NCBI GenBank assembly: GCA_965212055.1
Contig: OZ243041.1
Span: 608,001-672,000 of the forward strand
Direction: 5' to 3'
DNA from: Fidelibacterota bacterium
GTDB taxonomy: Bacteria > Fidelibacterota > Marinisomatia > Marinisomatales > Marinisomataceae
DNA length: 64,000 bases
Each line of letters begins with the position of its first letter. Position 1 is the first letter of the stretch. The notes under the pieces are model-generated. The model was not told the DNA's origin. It did not search any database and worked only from the letters and a program-made list of their open reading frames with translations. Shown here in pieces: positions 37,585 through 48,083 of the stretch. Both the position numbers and the translations under genes were made by a program.

Positions 37585-39198
37585 TTGAAAAAAAATATTA
37601 CAATTAATTATAGTAATGGTTTTCCTTGTTTGGGGAATGGAATTGATTTCACGGAAGAATGCTTTGGATTGCAATTTAATGCTGCATTGATTCAACAAAC
37701 TTCCGAATTAATTTGGAAACCAAACTCAACCTTGCCAAATACCACAGCGCAATCGCTTCCAGCTCCTTTTAATGTCTTAAGTGATCTTGGGAAAGCAATG
37801 ACCGTAAATCTTAATGGAAATACTGGACTGATTGGCAAAAAACAACTATTAAACGAAGTAAAACTACTTGATCATAGTCTGATGGATAGTTTCATCACAC
37901 ACGTTACAAACCACATTGAAAATCCAACAAAAGAATCAGCACAATTAATTGCGGATATTCGTTGCTGGACTTCTTGGATTGCCAATGGTATTAAAATCGA
38001 ACCTATCTTTAATGGGGAATTACGAGGATGTTCTTTCATTCCTTGGCCACTATCTGGACTACTGCTACTATCTTCTAGAATTACCGGGCAACAGCCTGAA
38101 TTTGAATACGCAGCAGACTATGTATTGCGTTCTGGAATCTTACCCGAAATGGATATGGAAACATTGAAAGATGAAAAAACCATTATCGAGTATATCCGTG
38201 CTATTAAACCAGTTGTTTCTTTTCACGATCTTGATGGTAATGAACAAGGATTCCGTATGACCCATCTTGCGATGGAAAATACTGCCAGTATGATGATTCA
38301 AAATGCATTGGATGCAGTAGGTGGGAAGAACGTATCAGACAATTTAGAAAAGGTAGAACATGCCCTAATGCTATCAAATAAGATATTTAATTGTATGTGG
38401 AAAGTAAGCGATCCACTGCTATACAATAAAGAGGTGCGTATTTTTATTCAGGGATTATATGGCAATCAAGGCAGTATCTATGATGAACAAGGATTATTCT
38501 TTGAGCAATGCGGAAACACCTATAGCGAAGCATACAATACAAAAGGGTGTTATATCTCCAATTTGCATGGACAAACAGGTGCAAACAGCTCTTACCATCC
38601 ATTAGGTGATGAAATCACTGGTATTGGAGATCACACCAAGGCATATATGTGTGATGATGTGGATTGTGCCATTATTGAAAATATTCTTACAAAAGGATTC
38701 GTTACCGATGAAGAATTATCATGCTCTATTGATTCTTTGACAAAATTGCTTAAATCATTCCGAGTTGGTTATCGTCCTCCTGCTCACCATGCAATGATTG
38801 TCAATATGAGAGCAAAACTTCAAAATTCTTCCTATTTTCAAACGATTGAATCCAGTCCCGAATTAAGAAGACAATTGGCAGAATGTGTTAGATGGCTTAT
38901 CCAACATCGTATTGACCATTATAAAATGGTGGTGTCCTATATATTGCGTTCCCCTGATCCATATAGACATCAGACCAAAGCAAAAGGAACGGGTGGTTCT
39001 CCTACCCCATCATTTTTACCAAAAATGTTTACCAACAGCATTGATAGGTTGAAAGATCTTATTGGTGATTCAGATGTAGATTGGGCAAACAAATTGCTTT
39101 CTATTACTGAAAATCATGAGGATTCGATGAATCGATTTAGAAAAATAGCGCTACAAGTAGAACAAGAAGATTCTAGTAAAAATCGTTCTTTATCTTAA
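37585..39198 (+). CDS. Indoleamine 2,3-dioxygenase (IDO)-family heme protein
   Basis: EQGFRMTHLAME, VRIFIQG, GQTGANSS, FRVGYRP, HRIDHYKMVVSYI (proximal His) and KGTGGSPTPSFL occur in IDO-family order. Confidence 0.75.
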   Translation: MKKNITINYSNGFPCLGNGIDFTEECFGLQFNAALIQQTSELIWKPNSTLPNTTAQSLPAPFNVLSDLGKAMTVNLNGNTGLIGKKQLLNEVKLLDHSLMDSFITHVTNHIENPTKESAQLIADIRCWTSWIANGIKIEPIFNGELRGCSFIPWPLSGLLLLSSRITGQQPEFEYAADYVLRSGILPEMDMETLKDEKTIIEYIRAIKPVVSFHDLDGNEQGFRMTHLAMENTASMMIQNALDAVGGKNVSDNLEKVEHALMLSNKIFNCMWKVSDPLLYNKEVRIFIQGLYGNQGSIYDEQGLFFEQCGNTYSEAYNTKGCYISNLHGQTGANSSYHPLGDEITGIGDHTKAYMCDDVDCAIIENILTKGFVTDEELSCSIDSLTKLLKSFRVGYRPPAHHAMIVNMRAKLQNSSYFQTIESSPELRRQLAECVRWLIQHRIDHYKMVVSYILRSPDPYRHQTKAKGTGGSPTPSFLPKMFTNSIDRLKDLIGDSDVDWANKLLSITENHEDSMNRFRKIALQVEQEDSSKNRSLS

Positions 39199-40439
39199 TC
39201 GTTTAAAAAAACTTTACTAATCTCTAGACTACCATCATTATTAGCAGGTACAACACCTAGAATTTTGCACATCATTTCATATAAATGAATATTGTGAATC
39301 TTCGGTCCAGTAAATCCAGACTTAAAAGCAGGACCATGTGCAATAAAAATTCCATCCATGGATCTGTAATTCGGATCATATCCATGTGATCCAAGGGATG
39401 TAGAATATCCTGGAGTAACAATACTCCATTGCTCATCAGCTAATAAAAGAATTGGTTCTATGCGATTATTATTACCGTAATGAAAATCTTCTGGTGTCTC
39501 CCCTTTTTTAAACACCTGTGTATGCTCAATACCTACTAGAGATTGATATATCTCATCAACATTACCATTTTTTGGACGAATCTCCATAAATGGACCTCTT
39601 CCCACTGTTATAACATCATTTAGGTCAAGATAGTCGGCAATATTGATATATTTTGAGGAAGGGGTTTCAGTCATTCCATGGTCTGAAACAATCATTATAT
39701 TGACTTCATTGAGAATATTCTGTGCTTCTAATCCATTAATCAAATGTCCAATAGCTTGATCAACCTCTACAATAGCTTCAATTGTTTCATTTGTATCTGG
39801 TCCATACTCATGACCATTATGATCAACTACACTAAAATATGACGCCAAAAATGATGGTCTAGCATTTCCGGTATGTAAGAGCCATGAAAGAATTTGATCC
39901 ATACGATCAAGATTGGTCGGATCTTCATTATATACATAATATTTTGATGGACGGATACCCATGATTTCAGCATCAGACATCGGCCAAAACATAATCATAG
40001 CTCTTTTAGCTTGTTTTTCAATAGTAACCCAGATTGGTTCAGCATCAATCCATTTACCATCTTGAGCAGCTGTACTTCCTGCTCCTATGTAAAAGTATTC
40101 GTCAAAGTCTGCATCATAAAAATAGTTTGAAATAATACCATGGTTAGATGGATAATTCCCTGTAACAATACTGATATGATTAGGAAAAGTTTTGCTAGGA
40201 TAACTTGTTTTTAATCCATCTGCTTTGGAACCATTGGCAATAAGTCGATCAAAATTGGGAGTCTCCACCTTATCAAAATAGTCCCATCTAAAACCGTCAA
40301 TTGATATCAATATTAACGGGGTACTAGGTTCGCCATAGTAAGATAAATCTGTTCCAGAACTTGACCCATGTATTGTATCATGTACTTGATTGCATGATGT
40401 AAGAAAGAATACTAGAAAGACTAGAAAATTATTCTTCAT
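39195..40439 (-). CDS. Nucleotide pyrophosphatase/phosphodiesterase (alkaline phosphatase superfamily) lipoprotein
   Basis: Lipobox LTSC; LISIDGFRWDY, PSKTFPNH, D..GH.YGP, VSDHGM and GSHGYD motifs. Confidence 0.95.
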   Translation of the reverse strand: MKNNFLVFLVFFLTSCNQVHDTIHGSSSGTDLSYYGEPSTPLILISIDGFRWDYFDKVETPNFDRLIANGSKADGLKTSYPSKTFPNHISIVTGNYPSNHGIISNYFYDADFDEYFYIGAGSTAAQDGKWIDAEPIWVTIEKQAKRAMIMFWPMSDAEIMGIRPSKYYVYNEDPTNLDRMDQILSWLLHTGNARPSFLASYFSVVDHNGHEYGPDTNETIEAIVEVDQAIGHLINGLEAQNILNEVNIMIVSDHGMTETPSSKYINIADYLDLNDVITVGRGPFMEIRPKNGNVDEIYQSLVGIEHTQVFKKGETPEDFHYGNNNRIEPILLLADEQWSIVTPGYSTSLGSHGYDPNYRSMDGIFIAHGPAFKSGFTGPKIHNIHLYEMMCKILGVVPANNDGSLEISKVFLND

Positions 40440-42795
40440 TAGATAAATGAATCATAAGAAAATTGATCATCTTTTTGTATAAATGTTCTCTATTCTTCCA
40501 ACCATCTGCTTTATTTTCAGCAGTTAAAAAATTATTATTACTCATTCCATGATTACCATTTGGATACAAAAAGAGCTCCATTTCTTTTCCATGTTCGGCA
40601 TAAGCTTTTGCTAATTGAATGGAATGTTGGTGATGAACATTATCATCTGCAGTCCCATGAATCTGAAGTAAATGCCCTTTGGCATTTTCTACATGGGTTA
40701 ATACTGAGGCATTTTTATATCCTTCTGGGTTCTCTTCTACCAATCCCATATATCTTTCTGTCCATATTGTGTCATATAATAATGGATCCACGTTTGGAGC
40801 AATTGAAACACCTGCCTTAAAATAATCGCTTGCAAGGGTCATACACATGTTGGTTAAATAACCTCCTCCACTCCATCCCCAAACACCAATATTATCACCA
40901 TCGACATAAGGAAGGCTTTGAAGATATTTTGCAGCTTCTATGTGATCTTTTACGATATATTTTCCGTAATCACCATAGGCCATATCTTTAAAAGCTTTGC
41001 CTCTACCACCTGTCCCTCGATTATCAAAGGAAAAGATGATAAATCCTCTTTGAGAAAAATATTGGTGAAAAATGTGATTACCTGCACCCCATCTGTTGTT
41101 TACCATTTGGGATCCTGGACCACCATAATTGTAAAGAATCACAGGGTATTGTTCCATGGAATCAAAATTGTGTGGAAGAGTGATAATTGCATTCAAACGC
41201 TCTCCATCCTCTGTAAACAGATTCATTAAGCGTGGATAGGTAAATCCATAGTCATCAAATTGGGTACGATCTGTTTCTGCAAGCATACGTTTTGACGTCC
41301 CAGAATTGCTTCTCAAAATAGTTTTGGATGGAGTAGTAAAATTGGAATAGGAATCGATAAAAAAGTTTGTAGTTGGTGAAAAATTAGCTGAATGGGTCCC
41401 TTGTTCAGATGTTAAACGTTTTAATTTTGATCCATTAAATCTAACCGAATAAATATGGTTCTCAACCTCTGATTCTCTTTTTCCTGAAAAATAAATGATT
41501 TCATTTTCAACATCGATAGCATTCATTCCATTTACTTCCCATTTTCCTCTTGTAATCTGGTTAATAAACTGGCCATCAGGGCGACTTCTATAGATATGTT
41601 TGAATCCATCACGTTCGGATATCCAAATAATCTCATCATTATCAAGAATATCTATATTAAAAGTACCTGGACTGCCAAAAAAGTCGTATGCATCTACCCA
41701 AGTATTATTTTTATCATTTAATACTAATGTTGTTTCATTATTATTGATATCATATCTAAAAAATTTCAAATCATTTTGTTTGCGATTCAGTGTGGTGATA
41801 TAAAAATTATCTTTGTTTTTATGCCATATAGCATTTGGAATATAATAGGTATCTTCAGGCAATGGAATCCAAGTAATGTGTGAAGCTTCAGGTGATAATT
41901 CTGGAACAACTTCTTCTACAATTTCCTCCACTAATTCCAATACAACTTCTTCTGTTACTAGCACCTCTTCTACAACTTCCTCTTGAACCAAAAGTTCTTC
42001 CACAAATTCTTCTTCGATAGGAGCTTCAACAGTGTATGGTAATGCATTTAAATCAATAATACCAAGCTTCACTGTCGGGTTTGTCTGACCAGCTTTCGGA
42101 TAATAAATATACTTAACTACTGGATATTTTGATGCATAGTCAATTAGTGGATATTTTTCCACCTGGGATTGATCTTCTTGCCAAAAAACAATATAATTGC
42201 CAGAAGGACTCCATCTATACGCATCATAGCTTCCAAATTCTTCTTCGTATACCCATCCAAAGTGTCCATTAAGTGTTGTTTCGCTTCCATCGGTTGTCAA
42301 TTGAACTTCTTCTAAATCTTCCAATGAGAATAAATAAAGATTATTGTCGTTTCTTACATAGGAAACATATTGATTGTCTGGAGAAATTTTTACATTTCTT
42401 AAACTATCAGGATTAGCAGAAACTGGAGTAATTGTATCATTAGCAATATTATAAACATGGTACGTACCATATGAAGAATGTCTCCATATACTAACATTAT
42501 TTGTTTTGAGTAGTAACAATGTTTGATCTTTACTAAAACTATGACTAAAGCGATCTAATTGGTCTTTTTTGATACTAAAAACTGTGGTTGTATCACCTCT
42601 AGCTAAATCATATCTATGAAAATTTTTCCCAAGGGAATCACTATCAGAAAAATAATAGGCATCTTGATTGTTAATCCATTGATAACTCCCAATTCTATCG
42701 TAGCGGAATGTCCCTCCCATTACATCTTTGAGTTCAATAGTCTTTTCCTGAGGGAAAATAATGGTGAGAAACAATAAAATTACAATTTTGCGCAT
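40429..42795 (-). CDS. S9B dipeptidyl peptidase IV family protein
   Basis: WVYEEE, YPKAG, GWSGGG (Ser), HGTADDNV (Asp) and NHG (His). Confidence 0.95.
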   Translation of the reverse strand: MRKIVILLFLTIIFPQEKTIELKDVMGGTFRYDRIGSYQWINNQDAYYFSDSDSLGKNFHRYDLARGDTTTVFSIKKDQLDRFSHSFSKDQTLLLLKTNNVSIWRHSSYGTYHVYNIANDTITPVSANPDSLRNVKISPDNQYVSYVRNDNNLYLFSLEDLEEVQLTTDGSETTLNGHFGWVYEEEFGSYDAYRWSPSGNYIVFWQEDQSQVEKYPLIDYASKYPVVKYIYYPKAGQTNPTVKLGIIDLNALPYTVEAPIEEEFVEELLVQEEVVEEVLVTEEVVLELVEEIVEEVVPELSPEASHITWIPLPEDTYYIPNAIWHKNKDNFYITTLNRKQNDLKFFRYDINNNETTLVLNDKNNTWVDAYDFFGSPGTFNIDILDNDEIIWISERDGFKHIYRSRPDGQFINQITRGKWEVNGMNAIDVENEIIYFSGKRESEVENHIYSVRFNGSKLKRLTSEQGTHSANFSPTTNFFIDSYSNFTTPSKTILRSNSGTSKRMLAETDRTQFDDYGFTYPRLMNLFTEDGERLNAIITLPHNFDSMEQYPVILYNYGGPGSQMVNNRWGAGNHIFHQYFSQRGFIIFSFDNRGTGGRGKAFKDMAYGDYGKYIVKDHIEAAKYLQSLPYVDGDNIGVWGWSGGGYLTNMCMTLASDYFKAGVSIAPNVDPLLYDTIWTERYMGLVEENPEGYKNASVLTHVENAKGHLLQIHGTADDNVHHQHSIQLAKAYAEHGKEMELFLYPNGNHGMSNNNFLTAENKADGWKNREHLYKKMINFLMIHLSNEE
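41881..42030 (-). repeat. Low-complexity (E/V)-rich EEVV-type repeat inside DPP IV
   Basis: VEAPIEEEFVEELLVQEEVVEEVLVTEEVVLELVEEIVEEVVPELSPEAS; recurring acaacttcttct-like DNA units. Confidence 0.75.
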
Positions 42796-42840
42796 TAATA
42801 GATAATAAAGAAATTTTTAAAGAATATCACCTAAATAGTT

Positions 42841-42869
42841 TTGCATTCACGTATATGCTTCTATAAATT
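42841..42869 (+). promoter_or_regulatory. Sigma70-type promoter (leaderless configuration)
   Basis: TTGCAT-N17-TAAATT, 8 nt before ATG 42878; no SD sequence. Confidence 0.6.
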
Positions 42870-42877
42870 GCACACTT

Positions 42878-44707
42878 ATGGGAATCATTACAAATATGCG
42901 CAATCAGATGCAGGTAGTTATGTGGACTATCCTTGTTCTATTTATTGTCAGTATGGCAATCGGTGGATTGGTAGGTGGTGCAAATATTGGTGATATATTT
43001 GGCCAAAATTCTTCTAATAATGTTGGTTCATTAAATGGGAAACCAATCTTGCATGAAGATTTTAATCGATTGGTATTTGATGAAATTGGTCGTCTTGAAT
43101 CTCAGTCTGGTCAAACCATGTCTGATGAAGATAGAGAATATGTTAGAGCGGTTGTTTGGGAAAGATTGATTCAAGATCTCTTGATTCAGGAACAAATTGA
43201 GGAAAATGAAATTGTGATTGGAGATGAGGAAGTCTTGTACCAATTAACAAACAATCCCCCTCCTTTCTTACAAACTGCTTTTCAAAAAGATGGTCGGTTT
43301 GATCTAGAAACATATATGGAAGCAATTCTTAATCCACAGGGTGATGAATGGCTTCCTGTTGAAGAATATATGCGAAACATTTATCTACCACATTACAAGC
43401 TACAACAACTAATTATTCATAGTGCTTCAACAGCAGAAGAAGATATTCGCAATAGCTATATACAGAGATTTGTTGACTATAATATTGAAGTGCTCCATAT
43501 AACAGATAAAGTGCTTGAGGAAGAAACTCCTCAACCATCCGAAAAAGAATTAATGGCAGCTTATAATGAAAATATTGATGATTATGAACAACCAGAAATG
43601 CGATATATGAAATATGTCAAATGGCCTATTGTTTCTAATTACAATGATTCTTTACGTGTTCAATTAGAAGCAGGAGCTCTAATAGGACGCATTCATCAAG
43701 GAGAAAGTTTTGCAGATATAGCAAATGCGTACAGTGAAGATCCAGGCAATAGCGTAAATCCGGACTCTCTTAATGGAGGAAGGCTTGGTTGGTTTGATAA
43801 AGGACAAATGGTCAAAGAATTTGAAGAGGCAGCTTTTAATGGTAAAATAGATGAGGTAGTCGGTCCTATTCTAACACAATTTGGATATCATATCATTAAA
43901 ATTAACAATAAGAGACCATTTGAAGATGGAGAAGAACAAGTAAATGCATCACATATCCTACTAACGGTTACACCAGGTAAAGATACAGAAAATGAATTAC
44001 GAAATTTATCAAGCATTTTTTCTTTAGAAGCTAAAGAATACGGGTTTTTTGATTTAGCAGACTCTCTTAATATGGAAATAAATGATGCAAATGGAGTTCA
44101 AAGAGCATCTATATTTATAGAAGACATTGGGGTAGCAAGAAATGCAGTACAATTTGCTTTTAGTAGTGAAGAAGGTGAAGTGTCCGAATATGTAGAAAAT
44201 GATAATTATTTCCTTGTATTCTATCTGGATTCAATCTCACCATCAGAAGCAATGTCATTTGAAACTGTAAAAGAAAGTTTGATAGAAGAATCTATTGTTG
44301 ATATAAAAAAGAAACAAATTGAAGAAATTGCAAATAATCTTTTAATAGACAAGGAAAATATCAATCTATCTGACTTAGCAGAAACCTATCCTAATTTTGA
44401 ATATGTGGAAGAAACAACAGGCACCTTGATTGGCAGTTTCACATCTATTGGAAAAAGTAACTATGTTGCCGGTGCATTGCTTAATGCTAAAGAAGGTGAC
44501 TTTTTAGGCCCATTATCAACTATACGAGGACAAGCTTTCATCAAAGTATTGAGTATAGATGCAGTCGATGAAGAAGATTTTGATGAAAAAAAAGAATCGT
44601 TAAAATTTAGTTTAATTATCCAAAGACAGAATTTAATATGGAGTAATTGGTTACAAGCTCTTCGAGATGATTCTGATATTGAAGATAATCGATTTGATTT
44701 CTATTAA
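42878..44707 (+). CDS. PpiD/SurA-like membrane-anchored parvulin chaperone
   Basis: N-terminal TM, SurA-N-like domain, FADIANAYSEDPG, GGRLGWF..GQMVKEFEEAAF and TQFGYHII. Confidence 0.9.
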   Translation: MGIITNMRNQMQVVMWTILVLFIVSMAIGGLVGGANIGDIFGQNSSNNVGSLNGKPILHEDFNRLVFDEIGRLESQSGQTMSDEDREYVRAVVWERLIQDLLIQEQIEENEIVIGDEEVLYQLTNNPPPFLQTAFQKDGRFDLETYMEAILNPQGDEWLPVEEYMRNIYLPHYKLQQLIIHSASTAEEDIRNSYIQRFVDYNIEVLHITDKVLEEETPQPSEKELMAAYNENIDDYEQPEMRYMKYVKWPIVSNYNDSLRVQLEAGALIGRIHQGESFADIANAYSEDPGNSVNPDSLNGGRLGWFDKGQMVKEFEEAAFNGKIDEVVGPILTQFGYHIIKINNKRPFEDGEEQVNASHILLTVTPGKDTENELRNLSSIFSLEAKEYGFFDLADSLNMEINDANGVQRASIFIEDIGVARNAVQFAFSSEEGEVSEYVENDNYFLVFYLDSISPSEAMSFETVKESLIEESIVDIKKKQIEEIANNLLIDKENINLSDLAETYPNFEYVEETTGTLIGSFTSIGKSNYVAGALLNAKEGDFLGPLSTIRGQAFIKVLSIDAVDEEDFDEKKESLKFSLIIQRQNLIWSNWLQALRDDSDIEDNRFDFY

Positions 44708-45648
44708 GCTTCCCTAAAAACACCAAGCTTATCATATCTTTCTATCCTAGAAGATAGATAATCTGTAATATTTTTTTCTTTTAACAAATTTATCTCATCT
44801 ACTATAGTTTTCTTGAGAGTTTCAATCATCTCATCACAATGCCTGTGTGCACAACCTGTTGGTTCATAAACAATCATATTACATATGTTATGTTCCATTA
44901 AATCTTTAGGAGTTAATCTCAAAGCGCTTGCAGCCTCTGGTGCTTTTGAAGAGTCTTTCCATAAAATTGATGCACAACCTTCAGGACTAATAACAGAAAA
45001 CCAAGTGTTTTCTAACATTAACATTTTATCACATAATCCAATTCCTAAGGCACCACCACTTGCTCCTTCTCCAATAACAATTGATAATATCGGGGTCTCG
45101 ATTGATGCCATTTCAATAAGATTATTTGCAATAGCATATCCTTGTCCTCTTTCTTCTGCTGCAACTCCAGGATCAGCACCAGGAGTATCAATTAAAGTAA
45201 TAACTGGTAAATCAAATTTTTCTGCCATTTTCATAATACGTAATGCTTTTCTATAACCTTCAGGCTTCATCATACCAAAATTTCTATACAAATTTTCTTT
45301 TGTATTCCTGCCTTTCTGTTGACCTATAATAACAACACGATGAGTATCTATAGTCCCAATACCAGCGACAACAGCTTTGTCATCAGAAAATGCTTTATCT
45401 CCATGTAGTTCAATAAAATCATCACACCAAGCTGATATATAGTCAAGGGTATACGGACGATTAGGATGCCTAGCTAATTGAACTGTCTGCCATGCATTTA
45501 GATTAGAAAAAATTTCTTTTTCTTTTTCTATCCTCATATTTTTTAGTTGATCCAATTTCTCTGATTCAGAATCAATGGAAACTAAATTTTGAATTTCATC
45601 ATCAAAATCCTTCAGAGGTTTTTCAAAATCTAAATAATGTTTTTTCAT
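44704..45648 (-). CDS. accA: Acetyl-CoA carboxylase carboxyltransferase alpha subunit
   Basis: YLDFEKP, ARHPNRP, FGM..PEGYRKA, EERGQ, GEGASGGA and VISPEGCASILW motifs. Confidence 0.98.
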   Translation of the reverse strand: MKKHYLDFEKPLKDFDDEIQNLVSIDSESEKLDQLKNMRIEKEKEIFSNLNAWQTVQLARHPNRPYTLDYISAWCDDFIELHGDKAFSDDKAVVAGIGTIDTHRVVIIGQQKGRNTKENLYRNFGMMKPEGYRKALRIMKMAEKFDLPVITLIDTPGADPGVAAEERGQGYAIANNLIEMASIETPILSIVIGEGASGGALGIGLCDKMLMLENTWFSVISPEGCASILWKDSSKAPEAASALRLTPKDLMEHNICNMIVYEPTGCAHRHCDEMIETLKKTIVDEINLLKEKNITDYLSSRIERYDKLGVFREA

Positions 45649-46359
45649 TTATCTTTTTAACCTAAACAATCTCCAAAAACCAAACAACCATACTTTTAAA
45701 ATTGCTTCTATTACAACAGATCTATCCATCTTGGATTCTCCAACAGTACGATCTGTGAAAGTTATTGGATGTTCTTTGATTTTACAATTTTTTTGGGATG
45801 CACGGAATGTTGTTTCAATCTGGAAACAATATCCTTGGGATGAACATTCATTGAAATTTATAAGATGCAACGTATCGCTTTTCCAGGCCTTAAATCCAGC
45901 TGTTAAATCTTTAATAGGCACACCTGTAATCAATCTAGCATAAAGATTAGCAAAATAACTTATATATAGACGACGTACTGGCCAATTTATCACCCTTAAT
46001 CCTCCATAGTATCTGCTACCTATTATTAGATCATTTTCTGATAAAAGTGCGAACATATGAGGAACTTCTTTTGGATCATGTGATAAATCTGCATCCATTT
46101 GTAAAATCAAATCATAATTATGTTTTAATGCCCAATTAAATCCAAACACATATGCAGAACCTAATCCATCTTTTGTTGGTCTTGTTTCAACATTAACAGA
46201 GTCTTGGTAATGGCTTCTTACTAAATCTCCTGTTCCATCAGGAGAGTTATCATCTACGATTAATATATCCAGACTTATATCCAATGCCAAAAGCATGTCA
46301 ATTGTCTTGACAATGTTTTTTGCTTCATTATATGTAGGAAGTATAACTAGTCGTTTCAT
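45649..46359 (-). CDS. Polyprenol monophosphomannose synthase-like GT2
   Basis: ILPTYNE, VDDNSPDGT, QMDADLSH, GSRY and GYCFQIE motifs. Confidence 0.9.
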   Translation of the reverse strand: MKRLVILPTYNEAKNIVKTIDMLLALDISLDILIVDDNSPDGTGDLVRSHYQDSVNVETRPTKDGLGSAYVFGFNWALKHNYDLILQMDADLSHDPKEVPHMFALLSENDLIIGSRYYGGLRVINWPVRRLYISYFANLYARLITGVPIKDLTAGFKAWKSDTLHLINFNECSSQGYCFQIETTFRASQKNCKIKEHPITFTDRTVGESKMDRSVVIEAILKVWLFGFWRLFRLKR

Positions 46360-47375
46360 TATTTAACCCTAAAAGTTCTAGCAATCAAATCCATGTGTCG
46401 GATATAGAATGCTTTTCTTCCTCCTGGGTTATATACCAAATAAGTAATATAAAACGTTCTGTCTGATTCGTCGTCATAGAAAAGATGACCCTGAAAAGGG
46501 CCTCCTTTAGCTCCTTCGATGGATTCCCACAATCCTGATATTTTATAAGCAGCATCTTCCATATAATCATCAACCCAATCAATTGCTAAAAAATCGCTAT
46601 TATACTGAATTGATTTAAAATATTCTTCAGGAAAATTATTTGCTAATTCAACTGCAGTTTCTTTTGAAAAATGGTTCCCTTCTATCCAATAAACTGCTAA
46701 CCATCTAAAAGGCATTTCTTGTCCAATCCATACAAAGTTGGAAGCAGCTTCATTTCTAATCATCTCCCACCCCCAAGGCAAATTGATGCTCCAACCATAG
46801 CTTTCTAATAACATCGACTCTTTGCCCTCTTGATGTTGCGCTTCTAAAAGATATTGGGATTGTTTTTTATCAAAATTTGCATTGAATTGTGATTTAATCC
46901 ATTCACCATTTTCTAAAAAATATTCTTCAATAGAATCGGAATCAGAACCGCTTACAATCATAAATACTTGATTTTTAGCGAATTGGTCTCTAGATAAAAT
47001 AACCGGATTTTCCTCAAGTGTTTCGTTAAATTTTTTAGTACCTAATAAATTTTTCACCAGTTTAGTTGCAGGATTTAATTCAAAATCACCAATTGATGCA
47101 ATGATTAAGTTAGTTTGTGTCTTTAATGCTTGATAATTGACAGGATCAGAGAATTTTACTTTGTAGAATGACTCTGGCTCAGGAGTTAATAGGGTATCAT
47201 TAAATACAATCGATAACAAACTCTCTATTTGTTCTCGATCTTCTTTGGCAGCTAAAACAACTAAATCGTCGCTACCTCCTATCGAATCTCTTTTTACCTC
47301 ACAGTTAACAACAAAAATAAGGCAAATAAAGATAGATAGTATCTTAATTGCTTTTTCTTCTATTAGAAATCTCAT
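46359..47375 (-). CDS. DUF4837-like lipoprotein
   Basis: Lipobox VVNC; TPEPE..Y, D.FAK.Q, GLWE.....GGPF and Y.PG..K..Y motifs. Confidence 0.7.
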   Translation of the reverse strand: MRFLIEEKAIKILSIFICLIFVVNCEVKRDSIGGSDDLVVLAAKEDREQIESLLSIVFNDTLLTPEPESFYKVKFSDPVNYQALKTQTNLIIASIGDFELNPATKLVKNLLGTKKFNETLEENPVILSRDQFAKNQVFMIVSGSDSDSIEEYFLENGEWIKSQFNANFDKKQSQYLLEAQHQEGKESMLLESYGWSINLPWGWEMIRNEAASNFVWIGQEMPFRWLAVYWIEGNHFSKETAVELANNFPEEYFKSIQYNSDFLAIDWVDDYMEDAAYKISGLWESIEGAKGGPFQGHLFYDDESDRTFYITYLVYNPGGRKAFYIRHMDLIARTFRVK

Positions 47376-48075
47376 ATAAAAATACCAGTATTAAAGTTAG
47401 TATTAAGAAAATTAGCATTGGTTCCCATGTTAAGAAAGGATAGTTAATAAATTTTTCTCTTGATGTAATCATAGAACTTGAAGAAATAGAATTATCTGCA
47501 CTTATATTTGCAGAATATTGTATCGACGTTAAACCGTGCGGATTAAAATAACTTAGAGAAAGATTTATTGGTTTATTTGATTGATAATTATCTATTAATC
47601 CTTGCAAAAAATTTAGACCATTTTGATCTCTTATTTCTTCAAGATTAATATCATCTACTGATGCAATAAATTCTTCTGAAGCGAATGGGAGCTGAAATGC
47701 TATCATCAATGTTTTTACATCGCTTAATGATTCAAATTTATATGAAAAATCTCTTGGTCCAGGAACTTGACTATACCTATTTAAAAACAGATAAATCTTA
47801 TGTTCACCATCTCTTTCAATCGAAACAACAGGTTGGTCCTCAATTTTTAATACTTCCTCGAATAATTCATCATTATTTGATACCAGATATAGAACTGAAT
47901 CAATCTCAGTTGGCACTATAAATTTATGTTGGTTAGAAGAATCTGTATCAAACTTGTATTCTACCATAATTCCTTGATAATAATATTCTGGATAGACTGT
48001 AACCGATAAAGTATCAATAACAGATTGCGAAAATATACAGCTTATAAATAAAATAAAAACAGATCTCTTTTTCAT
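47344..48075 (-). CDS. Exported hypothetical protein with C-terminal TM anchor
   Basis: Signal peptide; C-terminal hydrophobic helix followed by a basic tail. Confidence 0.6.
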   Translation of the reverse strand: MKKRSVFILFISCIFSQSVIDTLSVTVYPEYYYQGIMVEYKFDTDSSNQHKFIVPTEIDSVLYLVSNNDELFEEVLKIEDQPVVSIERDGEHKIYLFLNRYSQVPGPRDFSYKFESLSDVKTLMIAFQLPFASEEFIASVDDINLEEIRDQNGLNFLQGLIDNYQSNKPINLSLSYFNPHGLTSIQYSANISADNSISSSSMITSREKFINYPFLTWEPMLIFLILTLILVFLYEISNRRKSN

Positions 48076-48083
48076 CTTCTAAG

